DNA from: Blastocladiella emersonii ATCC 22665
Lineage: Eukaryota; Fungi; Blastocladiomycota
Assembly: GCA_025594325.1 (NCBI GenBank)
Contig: JANHCV010000005.1
Span: 1,240,001-1,304,000, forward strand
Length of the DNA: 64,000 bases
Direction: 5' to 3'
The notes beneath the pieces were generated by a model that saw nothing but the letters and a program-made list of their open reading frames with translations, ran no database searches and had not been told where the DNA came from. Position numbers and translations under genes: made by a program. Position 1 is the first letter of the stretch. Every line of letters begins with the position of its first letter. This document shows positions 12,401-24,229 of this stretch, in pieces.

Positions 12401-13559
12401 ATGGTAGTCGGGTTTGAGAGCGGAGATGCCGTGCAAGCAGGGGCGAGCTTCAAGCGGCGCCACTCGGTTTCATCACGTTTCCGCTCACATGATAGTTTGA
12501 CGCGTCGCTGTCTCGCGCTTAGGCGGCCCTTAGTGATCATGCTTCGGCACCGGTAATGTTATCCCTATCGATGACGGCAATGGATACAGCAACACCGTTC
12601 CTCTCAACGTAGGTCGGGCTGCGAGTTAAACAGCTTGCAACGACGCGATCCCTTCGGACGGCGCGGACTTTTCACGCCGCTCGAACGAACTGTGTCATGG
12701 AATACTTGAACCACGTCCAGGCGCCTTCGAGAGATTTTATTGGTTGTTGCAGTGCAATATGTACCAGCAACTGCTCGATTGAAGTGCGACAAATGCGGTC
12801 CCAACCTTAAGAACAAGTGCCGTGATCGCGCCATTCGCGTTCCCAGCCGAGAATAACGCGATGATGTCGAAACTAAGGATGTTCGAGAGAGAGAGGAACA
12901 CGGTTGGGCCGCTCCGTCGCGCGAGTCGCCAATGGGTTGTGCAAGACAGGCGTTGTTGGACGAAACTGGGTCTGTGCACTCAGATCTGCTGAGCGGCGAT
13001 CTCCGCGTCGGTCATACCTGCAACAATAACCGCCCGCGCAGCTTTGAGGACTGCGTTGATGTCGACATCGCTGGTCTCAACCGTATCCGAACCCCTAGCG
13101 AACCACTGCGCACAAACAGAATCAAAACGCCAAGCATCCCAGTAAGCCTGATAGCCCATGCGCAAAGTTTCGAGCGGCGAAGACGGATGTACTCGAGTTC
13201 CCGGAGGCCTTGTCAGCAAGAGCATGGCCAGCTTCGCCCTGCTGCGGCTGCTGCGCCAAGGAACCTGGTCGGCTGTGAGGCCCGCAAAGCGGTAAGGTGC
13301 ACTCCCAAGCCGAATGCAGGTAGTTTACATTGAAATGCCATACATAGTAATACGCTAGGGGAGCTTTGACCCGCCGCGGTCGCGCGGAAGACGAAGTTGA
13401 GCCGGCCGAGTCCTCAAAGCGGCCCATGTGGTGGCGCCGCACGTTGAGTTCGCCAAAGTTGCTTGCTCACCCGGTTGCTTACTTTCCGTCGGGCCAAAGG
13501 AACCTCTCAGTCCTCGCCGCGCAGAACATATAAGGTCGAGGCACCAAGCAGCACGCTGG

Positions 13560-13595
<36 letters not shown>
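13560..13595 (+). repeat. A-rich tract (about 23 A, GAG, 10 A)
   Basis: Direct reading of the sequence. Confidence 0.95.
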
Positions 13596-13652
13596 CGGAG
13601 AGGCTCGAATTCCATGCGATAAATAGATTACTGTTCGGCGACCGCCCGACCC

Positions 13653-14804
13653 CTACCCCTTCTCGCCCTTGGCCCAGTACTTGGTGAGGGCGGCAGCCTC
13701 GTCGAGGTCGATCTGCGGGATGACGACGACACGCTTCGACGGCGCGCCGGGGGTGTCGTCGACCTTGATCGAGTGGTACTCGGGGGCGAACGACCACATG
13801 CGGCCGTCGCGGTCGGGCACGATATGGGCGGTCTGGGTGCGGCGACGGACTTCCTCGACGACAAAGACGACGTGGGCGCCGTCGTCGATGGTCCACTTGA
13901 TATCGGCGTGCTCGGGCCCGGTCCAGCCCTGGGCGGCGTTGAGCGACTCGAGGTGGGCGCGGACGCGGGCGAGGAACGGGTCGGTGGCGAGCGAGGGCGC
14001 CGGGTGGTAGGGGACCAGGCGGAAGTACCACACGGGCTGCTTGGGTGCGTCGGCGCGGACCGTGGTGCGCGCCATGAGGGCGCCGAGCGTGTACTTGAGG
14101 CGCTGCGGCGGCTTCGAGTAAGTCTCGGCGACGGGTTCGGCGGCGGCGGCATCGGGCGATGCGGCGCGGGACTCGGCCTTGACCTTGCCGGACCGGGTCG
14201 ACGAGGACGTGGCGGCGGCGGCGGAAAGGCGCGCGCTGGACCGCGTCGGCGTGCGGCCGCGGGACGCGCCCCGTCCCCTGCCCCGCCCGCGACCACGACC
14301 GCGACCACGGGACTTGCTCGTTGCCCGCCGCTTCGCCGGCCGCTCATCCTCGTCGTCGTCGTCATCATCATCATGATCTCCGTCGTCCTCCGGATCGGAC
14401 TCGGGAGCAGCAGCATCGGTCGGCGACTGCGCCGCGTCGCCATCCTCCTCCCCCTCCTGCTTCACCGCGGCGGCCGTAGACGAGCCAGCGGCCGCGACGG
14501 CAGCCGACGCTTCGTTGGACAGGATCAGGCTGACGTCGTTGGGGATCCAGAGCCACGGGGTCGGGTTGGGGAGGACGACGACGTCGAGCTCCGCGAACAC
14601 GGTCTCCGGGTTGAGCTGCGGCGAGAGCAGCGGGTCGTCGGCGCTCTCGGCCGAGGCATCGACGGTGCCGTCCTCGCTGACGGCGACGGCGACCTCCTGC
14701 TTGCGTTTGCGCGACGCGGCGGCGGGTGCGGGCCTTGGCTGCGCCGGCGGCGCGGTCGCGGGCGCGAGCGGCAGGTTGGCGGACGGTGCGTGTGTGTGAT
14801 CCAT
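13653..14804 (-). CDS. Hypothetical nuclear protein (basic/acidic low-complexity middle with RGRGRG tract, globular C-terminus)
   Basis: Long GC3-rich ORF with an NLS-like RKRKQ, an acidic tract, RGRGRG and an ordered C-terminal region. Family not recognised. Confidence 0.7.
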   Translation of the reverse strand: MDHTHAPSANLPLAPATAPPAQPRPAPAAASRKRKQEVAVAVSEDGTVDASAESADDPLLSPQLNPETVFAELDVVVLPNPTPWLWIPNDVSLILSNEASAAVAAAGSSTAAAVKQEGEEDGDAAQSPTDAAAPESDPEDDGDHDDDDDDDEDERPAKRRATSKSRGRGRGRGRGRGRGASRGRTPTRSSARLSAAAATSSSTRSGKVKAESRAASPDAAAAEPVAETYSKPPQRLKYTLGALMARTTVRADAPKQPVWYFRLVPYHPAPSLATDPFLARVRAHLESLNAAQGWTGPEHADIKWTIDDGAHVVFVVEEVRRRTQTAHIVPDRDGRMWSFAPEYHSIKVDDTPGAPSKRVVVIPQIDLDEAAALTKYWAKGEKG

Positions 14805-15097
14805 GGATGCGTTGCGGCAAGTTATAACGGGTGCATGGCCCTTATACAGGGACGGGTGAGAGAGCCCGCTAAGCCTGGCGGGGTCGGCGCGATCGGGAGG
14901 CAAATCTGCGCCACGCACGTGGGCCTCGCGCGGCATGTGAGATGGCCGCTCGCCGTGTCGCAACCGCGCCGTTTCGCGCGTGGTCCGCTCGGGGCGACTT
15001 TCTCTCCCCTTCGCCGCCCATCTCCCACAAAATCGATGGATCCCATGTTGCCGCGCTCGCTCGCACCGCCACCGCTGCACCCGCACTTGCATCCACC

Positions 15098-17284
15098 ATG
15101 ACGACGCGCCGCACCAACCGGCTCCGGATCGACGACAGCGACGACGACGACGTCCCGGCCCCGGCCCCGGCCCCGGCCCCGGCCCCGGCCCCGGCCCCGG
15201 CCCCGGCCCCGGCCCCCGCGACCCGCGCGCGCCGTGCGGCCACCGCCGCCGCCGCCGCCGCCGTCCCCGAGACCAAGCACATCAACCTGATCAGCAGCAG
15301 CGACGACGACGACGATGCGCCCGCCCCCGCGGCTCCGGCTCCTGCCCGCTCGCCCATCGTGACGCGCAAGCGTGCTGGTGGCCCCGCGGCGCCCGCACCC
15401 TCGTCACCGAGCGCGGGAGCCAAGCGGCAGCGCACCACGTCGTCGTCGCGCCGCTCGGCCTCGCCCGAGAAGCCGCCCGAAGTCCTCAAGCTCAACGTGC
15501 CGGCGATCCCCGCCGCCCTAGCCGCCGCTGCCGTGTTTGGCGGCGCGCCGCTCGCTGCGCCGCCCTCCTACTCGTCCATCCCCGTGCCGTCGCCCAACGT
15601 GACGGCGGCGGCGGGAGCGGAGGCCGCGGCGGCGACGACGATCTCGCGCCCCGCCATGGGCCGCCGCCCGAAGCCGTTCCGCAAGAAGACGTCATTGCCG
15701 ACTCCCGCTGCGCCGCCCGCGGGTGATGCGGCGGCTGCGTCTGATGCTGCTGCTGCGGGTGCGCCTGCTCCTGCCGCGGCCCCCGTCGTCGATTTCTCGG
15801 CGCTGTTCGACCGTACCGAGGATACCGAGCGGCACGCCAAGCCGATTCGTACGGTTTCTCTGCTGTCTTTGTTGTGACTCGATCTGACGCGTATCCCTCG
15901 GGTAGACATCACGACCGAGATCGCCCCGCGCTCCATCTACACGCGCGAGACCGTGATGCCCGACCTCGACTCCGAGTACGCTCGCTTCCCCCAGTCTCGC
16001 CTCCATCCATCCGAACCATGACCACTAACCCTTCCCTCCGTGCAGCGACGACGATATAGTCACGACCAAGACCGAGTCGGGCCTCGTGACCGTCTCCTTC
16101 ATGACGCCCGCACCCCCGCGCGCTGCCACCCCGCCACCACCGCAGCCCGCCGCCCCGCAGCGCGTCGTCACCCCGCCGCCCGCCGCGCTCGGCAACCTGC
16201 AGGACAAGTACGCTTTGCACACCTTCACTCCACTCACTCAATCGATCCCATGCGCTAACCAACCGACGCTCGCAGCAAAAACCTCCTCAAGCGCGCGTCC
16301 GAGTCGATCCACCTGCCGTCCAAGATCCAGTCCATCATGCAGTCGGGGGCCGCGTCCGCGTCGGCGTCCGGGTCCGCGACCCCGCTGACCGCCGGCCCCG
16401 GTCCCGGCGACACGGGCAGCGGCGGGAACAGTCCGCATCTCGGCGCGTTCATGTCCCAGGCCCAGTCGCAGCTCATGACGCAAACTCAGTTCATGACACA
16501 GTCGCAGCCCGACCCCGCCGCCACCAACGGCCGCGCCACGCCGACGGGCCCGCACGACGTGCAGCGGTCGTTCAAGCTGCAGGTGATCCCCGTGTACCCG
16601 GACCTGAACACGGCCGACCCGTACGAGGTGATGCTCAAGCAGAACGACCGGCTCGAGCTGGTGGCCGCCCGGGCCGCCGACGATTTCGGGGTCCCGACGA
16701 GCCAGGTCATCATCGCGCGCAACGGGACCACCCAGCTCCACATGTTGACGCCCGTGAAGCTCAATTTCAAGGCGTTCGAGATGATCTGTACGTTTCCTTG
16801 CTTGCCGCGGTGCTGGTGGATGAGACTGACGTTGCTAGGATGAACAGACGTGCACCCGTCGCGCGACGTGTTCATGCAGTACGAGAAGCAGCTCAAGGCG
16901 CAGCGCGCCGAGGAGCTCAAGCAGGCCGCCGCCGCGCTCGCCGCCGCCGCCCCGGCCCGGCCCGCCCTTCAGCCGCGCGTCCCGCCCCGCAACGCGACGC
17001 CGCAGCCGCAGCCCGAGGCCGAAGAAGACGAGTCGGGGGCGGGCGGCGGCGAGATGCTGCGTCTCAAGCTGCGCGACAAGTCGGGGCACGAGTTCAAGGT
17101 TCAGATGCCGTCGACGCGGACCGCGAACACGCTGCTGCGGGCCTTCTGCGCGAAACACGGGCTCGACGCGTCGCGCGCGGTGCTGCAGAACGCGGACGGG
17201 GACGATGTCGATGGCGAGTCGACGCTCGAGGACGGGGATATCATGGACGAGGATATGCTGACGGTCGTGTTCCGGAACGCGTAA
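15098..17284 (+). CDS. Rad60/Esc2/NIP45-like protein with tandem SUMO-like domains (multi-exon)
   Basis: Low-complexity N-terminus, then a ubiquitin-fold-like segment (SFKLQVIPV...DRLELVAARAADDFGV) and a C-terminal SUMO-like domain (LRLKLRDKSGHEFKVQMPSTRTANTLLRAFCAKHGL...DGESTLEDGDIMDEDMLTVV). Four GTACG...AG introns at about 15849-15905, 15976-16045, 16208-16275 and 16789-16839. Confidence 0.72.
15157..15216 (+). repeat. (GGCCCC)10 coding hexanucleotide repeat encoding (Ala-Pro)n
   Basis: Ten perfect GGCCCC units in exon 1 of the Rad60-like gene. Confidence 0.95.
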
Positions 17285-17333
17285 GAGAGTAGGAGAGACA
17301 AAATCGGAGGAGAGTGTATTGTTATCAGCGTGT

Positions 17334-18379
17334 CTACTCGACCTTGAGGAGGATCTTGCCGACCGTCTTGCCTGCCTCGATCTCGGTGTGCGACTCGGCC
17401 GCGGCCGACAGCGGGTACACCTTGTGCAGGCGGACCTCGAGCTTCTTGGCCTCGAGCAGGGCAAAGAGCTCCTGCGCGACTACAAGTTTCAGGGGCAGTT
17501 GTTAGGACGCGGTCGAGAATACGCAGGAAAGCGGGACGTACGCTCGAGGAACTCTTCGTGGGTCTTAATGTACTCGAACAGCGTGGGCCGGGCGAGGTAC
17601 ACGTTGTTCTTGGTGAGGCTGAACACGTTGACGTCGGGCACCTTGCCGGACGCGTTGCCGAAGGTGAGGAGGAACCCGCGGCGGCCGAGCGAGTCGAGCG
17701 ACGCCTGGAACGTGGCCTTGCCGACGCCGTCGTACACGGCGTGGACGCCCTTACCCCCAGTAATCTCCTTGACGCGCTCGGCAATGTTCTCGCGGTCGTA
17801 CCGGATGACGTGGTCGGCGCCGAGCCGCGTGGCCTCGGCGACCTTGGCGTCCGACGACGTGGTCCCGATCACGGTCGCGCCGAGGTGCTTGGCGAGCTGC
17901 ACCAGCAGGCCGCCGGTCCCGCCCGCCGCCGCGTGGATCAGCACCGTGTCGCCCTGCTTGATCGGGTACGCGAGCTTGACGAGCGTCAGCGCCGTGAGCC
18001 CCTGCAGGAGCCCCGCCGCGGCCGTTTCGAGCGAGACCGACGCCGGGATCTTGGTGACGTGCGTCGTGCCCATGGCCGTGTACTCGGCGTACGAGCCCGG
18101 GCCCATCCACGCGACGCGGTCGCCGACGGCAAACTCGGTCACGCCATCGCCCACGGCCTCGACGACGCCCGCGCCCTCGCGGCCCGGAATGAAGGGCAGC
18201 GGCAGCGGGTACAGGCCGCCGCGGTGGTACGTGTCGATGAAGTTGACGCCCGAGTAGGCGTTCTTGACCAGCACCTGGCCCGCGGCCACGGCGGGGCGCG
18301 CCACCGACGTCGTGTAGGTGAGCACCTCGATGCCGCCCGTCTTGGCGACCTGGATGGCTTTCATGGTGGTCGACGACAT
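17334..18379 (-). CDS. ZTA1: NADPH:quinone oxidoreductase (zeta-crystallin/MDR family); intron 17480-17541
   Basis: MKAIQVAKTGGIEVL, GVNFIDTYHRGGLYP, LIHAAAGGTG, GVHAVYDGVGKATF and C-terminal GKILLKV. Confidence 0.92.
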
Positions 18380-18605
18380 TGTGATTCGTATCTCTGGGGA
18401 GAGGGAGAGAGCGCGATATTGCGCCGTGAGCGCTGACAAAGCGTTGGGGATGAGTCGCCGCAGCCACGAAAAACGCGAAGTCCTTTTCGCGGACGCGCGC
18501 GTCAGGCCGGCGGCCCGCCACGCCCATCGTCGCGCCGTTCGCTCCTTCCCTCACCCCCCTCCTCCAACGCTCCTTCTCCGCAACGAACCACCCTCACTTG
18601 CTGCA

Positions 18606-19716
18606 ATGAACTCGAGCGCCGTTGTCGCGCGCCGCAACGATGGACCCGGGTCCAGTCTCGTCGCCGGTGGACCGGGGGCGGCCGGCACGCTGATCCGCAC
18701 CGAGGCGCCGCGGACATCCAAGCTGCTCGCCCCCATCATGCGGCTCGACGGGCACGACGGCGAGGTGTTTTCCGTGAAATTCTCGTCCACGGGCGAGCAT
18801 CTCGCGAGTTGCTCGTTTGACCGGAAAATCCGTACGCCGCTTCGGCCCCTGCGACCGCCCAAAACCGCAAGACTGACCGCGCACCGCCCGCGTAGTGCTC
18901 TGGGACGTGTACGGCGAGTGCAAGAACTGGGGGATGCTCGAGGGCCACAGCAACGCGGTGCTTGACCTCGAGTGGTCGCGCGACAACAGGGAGCTGTACT
19001 CGGCGTCGGCCGACCACACCATCGCCGTGTGGGACGTGGAGACGGGCGCGCGCGTGCGCCGCGGCAAGGGCCACACGGGGCTCGTGTCCTCGCTCGTCCG
19101 CACGCGCCGCGGCCACGAGCTGCTGGTGAGCGGGTCCGACGACGGGTCGTGCAAGGTGTGGGACCCGCGGTCCAAGCACGCCGTCGACGACCTCGCCACG
19201 GGGCTCCCCGTCACGGCGCTCGCGTGCTCCGAGACCGCCGACCTCGTGTTCACGGGCAGCGTCGACAACCTCGTCAAGGCGTGGGACATGCGCGCCAAGG
19301 CCGTCGTTTACACGCTCGCGGGCCACGCCGATACGCTGACGGGCGCGCACCTGAGCCCCGACGGCACCGCGCTGCTGACGAATGCCGCCGACAACACGCT
19401 GCGCGTGTGGGACGTGAAGCCGTTCAGCGCGGTGCCCACGCGGTGCACGGGGGTCCTCGAGGGCGCGCCCCACGACTTTTCGCGGTCGCTCGTCCGCCCC
19501 GAGTGGTCGCCCAACGGCCAGTTTGCCATGTGCGGGTCGACCGCCGACCGGTCCGTCGTCGTCTGGGACGTGCTCCGCCAGCAGATCCGGTACAAGCTGC
19601 CCGGCCACCGCGGCGGCGTCGCGGCCGTCGCGTGGCACCCGACCGAGCCCATTGTGGCGAGCGGCGCCCTCGATAAGACGATTTTCCTCGGCGAGCTCGA
19701 TCTCGTGTCGGCGTGA
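18606..19716 (+). CDS. SNRNP40: U5 snRNP 40 kDa WD40 protein; intron 18832-18895
   Basis: RTSKLLAPIMRLDGHDGEVF, LLWDVYGECKNWGMLEGHSNAVLDLEWS, LLTNAADNTLRVWDVKPF, and YKLPGHRG...WHPTEPIVASG. Confidence 0.92.
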
Positions 19717-19761
19717 GGCGGGGGGAATATATGATCAACTATTTTTGTATTCTATAGAGTT

Positions 19762-20265
19762 TTACAGGACCGCGAGCGCGGCCACGACCACGGCCACGAG
19801 TCCCGGCACCGCCGCTCCACGCGCGGCCGCGTCGCTGCTCTGCTGGTTCACGCCCGGCCCAGCCGCGATCCCGCTCGCCGCAGCCGGCTTAATCCGCGCC
19901 GTCGCCGTCCCCGCTGCCCCGCTTGCCGGTGATGGCGCTCCAATCCCAAAGATCTCGGCCGCGCTCGGCGCGCCGGGCGGCAGCGGTCTCGCGCCGGCGG
20001 CCTTGGCGCGGTCCGCGGCGATCAGCTCGTCGCAGAACGGGAACGCCGGGTCGTCGGTCAGCTCAAACTCTTGCTCGAGGAACTGCGGCGAGTCGGTCGG
20101 CGCGGGGCGACGAGGGGAGGGCGAGGTCGGGTATAGGGGCGGACCGGGGGGAGCGGGAGCGGCGGCGGCGGCGAGGTTGTACGAGTAGTCCTCGGCAAGC
20201 GCGGCGGGGGTCGCGGCGGCGAGGACGGCGAGGAGGAGCGCGAAGGCGAGAAGTGGTGCGCGCAT
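19762..20265 (-). CDS. Small secreted, probably GPI-anchored, Pro/Ala-rich protein
   Basis: N-terminal signal peptide (MRAPLLAFALLLAVLAAA) and a C-terminal SSDAAARG plus hydrophobic tail. Confidence 0.65.
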   Translation of the reverse strand: MRAPLLAFALLLAVLAAATPAALAEDYSYNLAAAAAPAPPGPPLYPTSPSPRRPAPTDSPQFLEQEFELTDDPAFPFCDELIAADRAKAAGARPLPPGAPSAAEIFGIGAPSPASGAAGTATARIKPAAASGIAAGPGVNQQSSDAAARGAAVPGLVAVVVAALAVL

Positions 20266-20933
20266 GGCGGGAACAAGTCGAGTTGTCGTGTCTGATCGTT
20301 GGGTGATGGTGCACGCGGCCGGCGCGTGTTGATGAGACCCGCTCGAGGAATTTGGCTCAGCGACGAGGGTCGCGGGGGCCCTCGCGACTATTTAACAGCA
20401 GCAGGCCGTGCGACGCCGGCACTGTGGCGGCGCTCGAGCGACACGTCGAGCAGGCTGGGTCGGGCTTGCCGCGACGGACCGACCTGGCAGCAAGCCGACG
20501 CGCCCCATTGCTTGACCGCGTAGCGTGCTTGCGACCTGCAACAACGTTACGTTACAAGGAGGAGGCACGTAGAGGTGCGACGTCGCGGAGGTGCGTCGGC
20601 GTCCTGGCGGCAAGGGTTCTGCTGGCGGCGGGGGTCACGTCGCGAACAACGGTCGGCGGGGCGAGGCGAGCATCGCGAGAAGACCTCTCGTCGAGATCGG
20701 CCGAAGCGCAAGGTCGCTGGAAGCCGTGTTCATGGGGTTGCATGTCTGTCGACATCTCGAGGGAGAAGAAAGCAGCGACAGGAGGGGGAGGGGACGAAAA
20801 AGTGCGGTCACCTGATGTGATACTTGGGCGTTCAACACTCGCGCCGTCGGCCTGCCCCGCCGCGGGCCCAACGACGTCGCCCCGGTGAAGCGCGCCCCGC
20901 CAGCGTCACCGCCACCCGCTGCAACGTAATCGC

Positions 20934-21575
20934 ATGATGATGATGATCCGCACCGCTGCCGCGCGCCGCGCTTATACGACCGGCACCGCCGCCGCCGCCT
21001 CGCAGTCCGCGTCCGCGTCCAAGGCCGTGACCAAGGTCGAGCCCATCGAGCAGACCGACGTCGCCGTCGCGTCGGGCGCCCCCGAGCTCATGCGCCAGCG
21101 CGCCGTCCGCATCTTCCGCCCCGCCAAGACCGCCATGCAGAGCGGTCCGTGACTCTTGCTTTGTGAACGATTTGGATCGCGCGATCCAAAGTGGGGGAAC
21201 CGGGCATGGGCTGACGCATTCATCGACGCGTTTCCTCGCACAGGCAACGACAACACCCGCTTCTGGAAGCTCGAGTGGAACAACGAGGACCGCTGGACCA
21301 ACCCGCTCATGGGCTGGGCCTCGTCGGCTGGTCCGTAGTCTCATTGCTCCCACCCACGCACCGTGCCCGCTCGCTCACTTTCACCTACGCGTGCAGACTA
21401 CCAGCAGGCGACCTTCCTCAAGTTCCGTACCGAGGAGGAGGCCGTGCGCTTCGCCGAGCGCCAGGGCTACCAGTACGAGGTGGTTGCGCCGCCCGAGCCC
21501 AAGTTCGTCGTCAAGTCGTACGCGACCAACTTCCACTACAAGACCGGCAAGCTCCGCTTCCACCACACCAAGTAA
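20934..21575 (+). CDS. NDUFS4: Mitochondrial complex I subunit NDUFS4 (18/21 kDa accessory); two introns (~21146-21243, ~21330-21396)
   Basis: VRIFRPAKTAMQSG, RWTNPLMGWASSA|DY, LKFRTEEEAVRFAERQGYQY and KSYATNF. Confidence 0.93.
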
Positions 21576-22149
21576 GTCAGCCGGACTGGCGGCAACCTCG
21601 GCCGCCGCCACCGCTCTCTCGCTTACCTTCCATCACCCCATCCCTACCCCCCTACCTTTGTTGATACATTTGCCCTCGTCCGTCCTCCCCCGCCTTGTGC
21701 GCTGCCCGCCCGCTCACCCCCCATCTCGGCTACCTCGGCGCGATGCGTGAAAACCGACCCGCCCACGCCGCCGCCCGACGTGCCACACTACACGCTGAAC
21801 CTTGTAACGGGAACCACCTTGGCCATGAGCGCTCCGCCGGAACGCTTGCACCAAGTCGATCGTGAGCGCGCTGAGACGCGTCTTCTCGATCCTCAGCGAT
21901 CTGCACGTCGTGTCTTGGCGCCCGCGCTGACAGTGTGGCGCGACGCGCAACGAGGCCTTGGTCGAACGCACCGGTTCATGCCGAAGTTCCCGACGCCCGG
22001 AGCGCCGCCCCAGATGCAAGTTGGTGAGTGCTTGGCGTGATGACCGACGCGCTCGCCCTTCAAAAGGGTCGCTCCCCCGCCGTCCTCTCCATCGACCCTC
22101 ACCGCCTCGCGTCTCCTTGCACTTTGCTCACAGCCACTGACGCCTCAAC

Positions 22150-23850
22150 ATGGTCAACACCGAGACGCCGCGCGCGTCCGACGATGTCATCGCGACGACC
22201 CGGCTCACGCAGCCGGCCGACGCGCCCAAGTCCTCGCGGACCTCCACGTCGCCAATTCTCTCGCACCGCCGCGCCTTCGCTCGATTCTCGTCGTTCATCT
22301 ACTGGACCACGTTCGTCATCCTGCTCGGCTTCACCTTTGGCTACGTACTCCTGCTCCAGACCATCATCTTCAAGGGCGTGCGTACACTTCGCCGCGAACC
22401 GTGGTTTCTCTGATCATTCGTCTGATCACGATCGCCCCGTCACCCGTAGAACGTGTTCCCCTCGGCTGGCAGCAACATCGGGTGGGCGATCCACGCGCCG
22501 ACGGGCATCGTGTACTTCTTCCTGGGATTGCTGCAGTTCCACCCGACGGTCCGCCGCCGCTGGCCGCGCCTCCACCGCGCGTGCGGGTACGCGTACCTCG
22601 TGCTCAGCGGCCTGACGACCGTGGGCATCCTCATGATCCTCGCGTACGGCTCGCACGCGGCCGAGTCGGCGGTCCTCGCGAGCTTCACGGGCGGCGCGCT
22701 ATGGATCGGCTCGCTCGTCGCGTCGACACGTGCGATCCTGCGCGGCGACGTCGAGTCGCACCGCCGGTACCAGATCCGCGCCTTCGCCTTCTCGTTCTCC
22801 ATCGTCATGATGCGCCCCGCCGTCGGCGTGCTCATGGCCATCAACCCGAGGCTCGATATTGGCACAGCGCTCAAGACGGGGATCTGGTGGTGCTTCTCGT
22901 GGGCGATCGCGGGCAGCGAGATCTACCTCGCCGTCGAGGACAAGCTCGCGGGACCGACCATGTCGATCGTCAACGCGGCTGACGGGCGTACGCTCACGCT
23001 GCCCGTAGTCCCCGCGCGCGGCCAGCTCGCGACGGACCTCGTGCTCCCGTCGCCGTGGGCGCCCGCGACGATTCATGAGGCCGAGTACCTCAACGCACGC
23101 ACCGTCCGCGTCGTGTTCAAGTGCGACCCGACGGCGCCGTTTGTCGTGCCCGGCTACGTTGCCGCCGGCCAGCACGTTGGCCTGCGCTACTCGGCCGTTG
23201 ACGGCAAGGGGATCGTGCGCGCGTACACGGTCACGACGCAGGACTCGACGCGCGCGGCCGACGGCTACGTCGAGCTCGTGATCCGGCTCGCGGCGGGCGG
23301 CGCCATGTCGTCGCGTCTCGCGGCCGCCATCGAAGAGCTCAACGATGCCGCCGTGGTTTCGTCGCCGTGGTCGCTCGCGTTCGCGCAGTCTCCCGTGCCC
23401 TTCTTCCCCGGCGTCACGACCCCACTCATCCTCGTTGGCGCGGGAACCGGTCTCACGCCGCTGCTCAACCTCGCGCGCCTCGCCATGGTCACGGACCGCG
23501 TCCACCTCGTCCACTTCGAGCGCACCATCGGCGACGTGTTCCTGCGCGACCGCCTCGAGTCGCTCGCTAAGGCGTCGGGCGGCAAGTTCACGTTCGAGAT
23601 CGTGCTGACCAAGGGCGACGCTGGGTCGGAGGCGGCCGTCGTTGATCTCGGCGCCAAGGGCGTGCTGGCAGGGTACATTCGCTCGGCCATGGCCACGGCC
23701 ACGGTTGCGGGCGACGGTGATGACGTGAAAACGGCTCTTGTTGTGGGGTGCGGGCCGCCGGCGTTCGGCCAGCGGCTCGTGGCTACGGTGCGCGACGAGT
23801 TGAAGATGCGTGAGGATCAAGTGTTTGTGTTTGGTGTGACGGATCGCTAG
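22150..23850 (+). CDS. DUF2306-like multipass membrane domain fused to an FNR-type FAD/NAD(P)-binding oxidoreductase; intron 22378-22449
   Basis: Membrane part: LLQFHPTVRRRWPRLHRACGYAY and HRRYQIRAFAFSF. Reductase part: GQHVGL, VRAYTV, GGAMSSRL, LVGAGTGLTPL and VVGCGPPAF. Confidence 0.8.
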
Positions 23851-24229
23851 CGGACTACATGACGTTGACGTTGATGATGATGATGTTCAAGTCAGTGTAC
23901 TATCTCACCCTTTTGTCTCACGCGATCCCGTGTTTGATCGACGCGTCCTGAAACGGGCTTCGTGACAGGCGTGTGTTGAGGGCTGAATGAAGATGTGTAT
24001 CCATCCTGCCCGCCTTGGCGACACCGATTTAAGACAGTCGCGGTCGAAAACGCAGCAATGAACAGAGATGGCGACTTGCGCGACGAGTTCACCGCCCTCA
24101 AGCCGAGGTCGGAAGGTGCGGTGCCACGCGTCGCACATCTCATCCGGGACGCGTCGCGCGAAATCGAGGGCGAGTCGCGGCCATTTCCCACGCTCTTCGA
24201 CATCCTGCCGCCGTACTCGTTACTCGACC

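Noticed and set aside
12550-13440. Decayed gene between the LRR pseudogene and the A tract
   Set aside because: Several short ORFs with stops and no recognisable motif; cannot be assigned.
21747-22040. Separate small gene or upstream exon of the DUF2306-reductase
   Set aside because: The obvious GTGAGT donor and CAG acceptor do not give an in-frame join and there is no recognisable domain.
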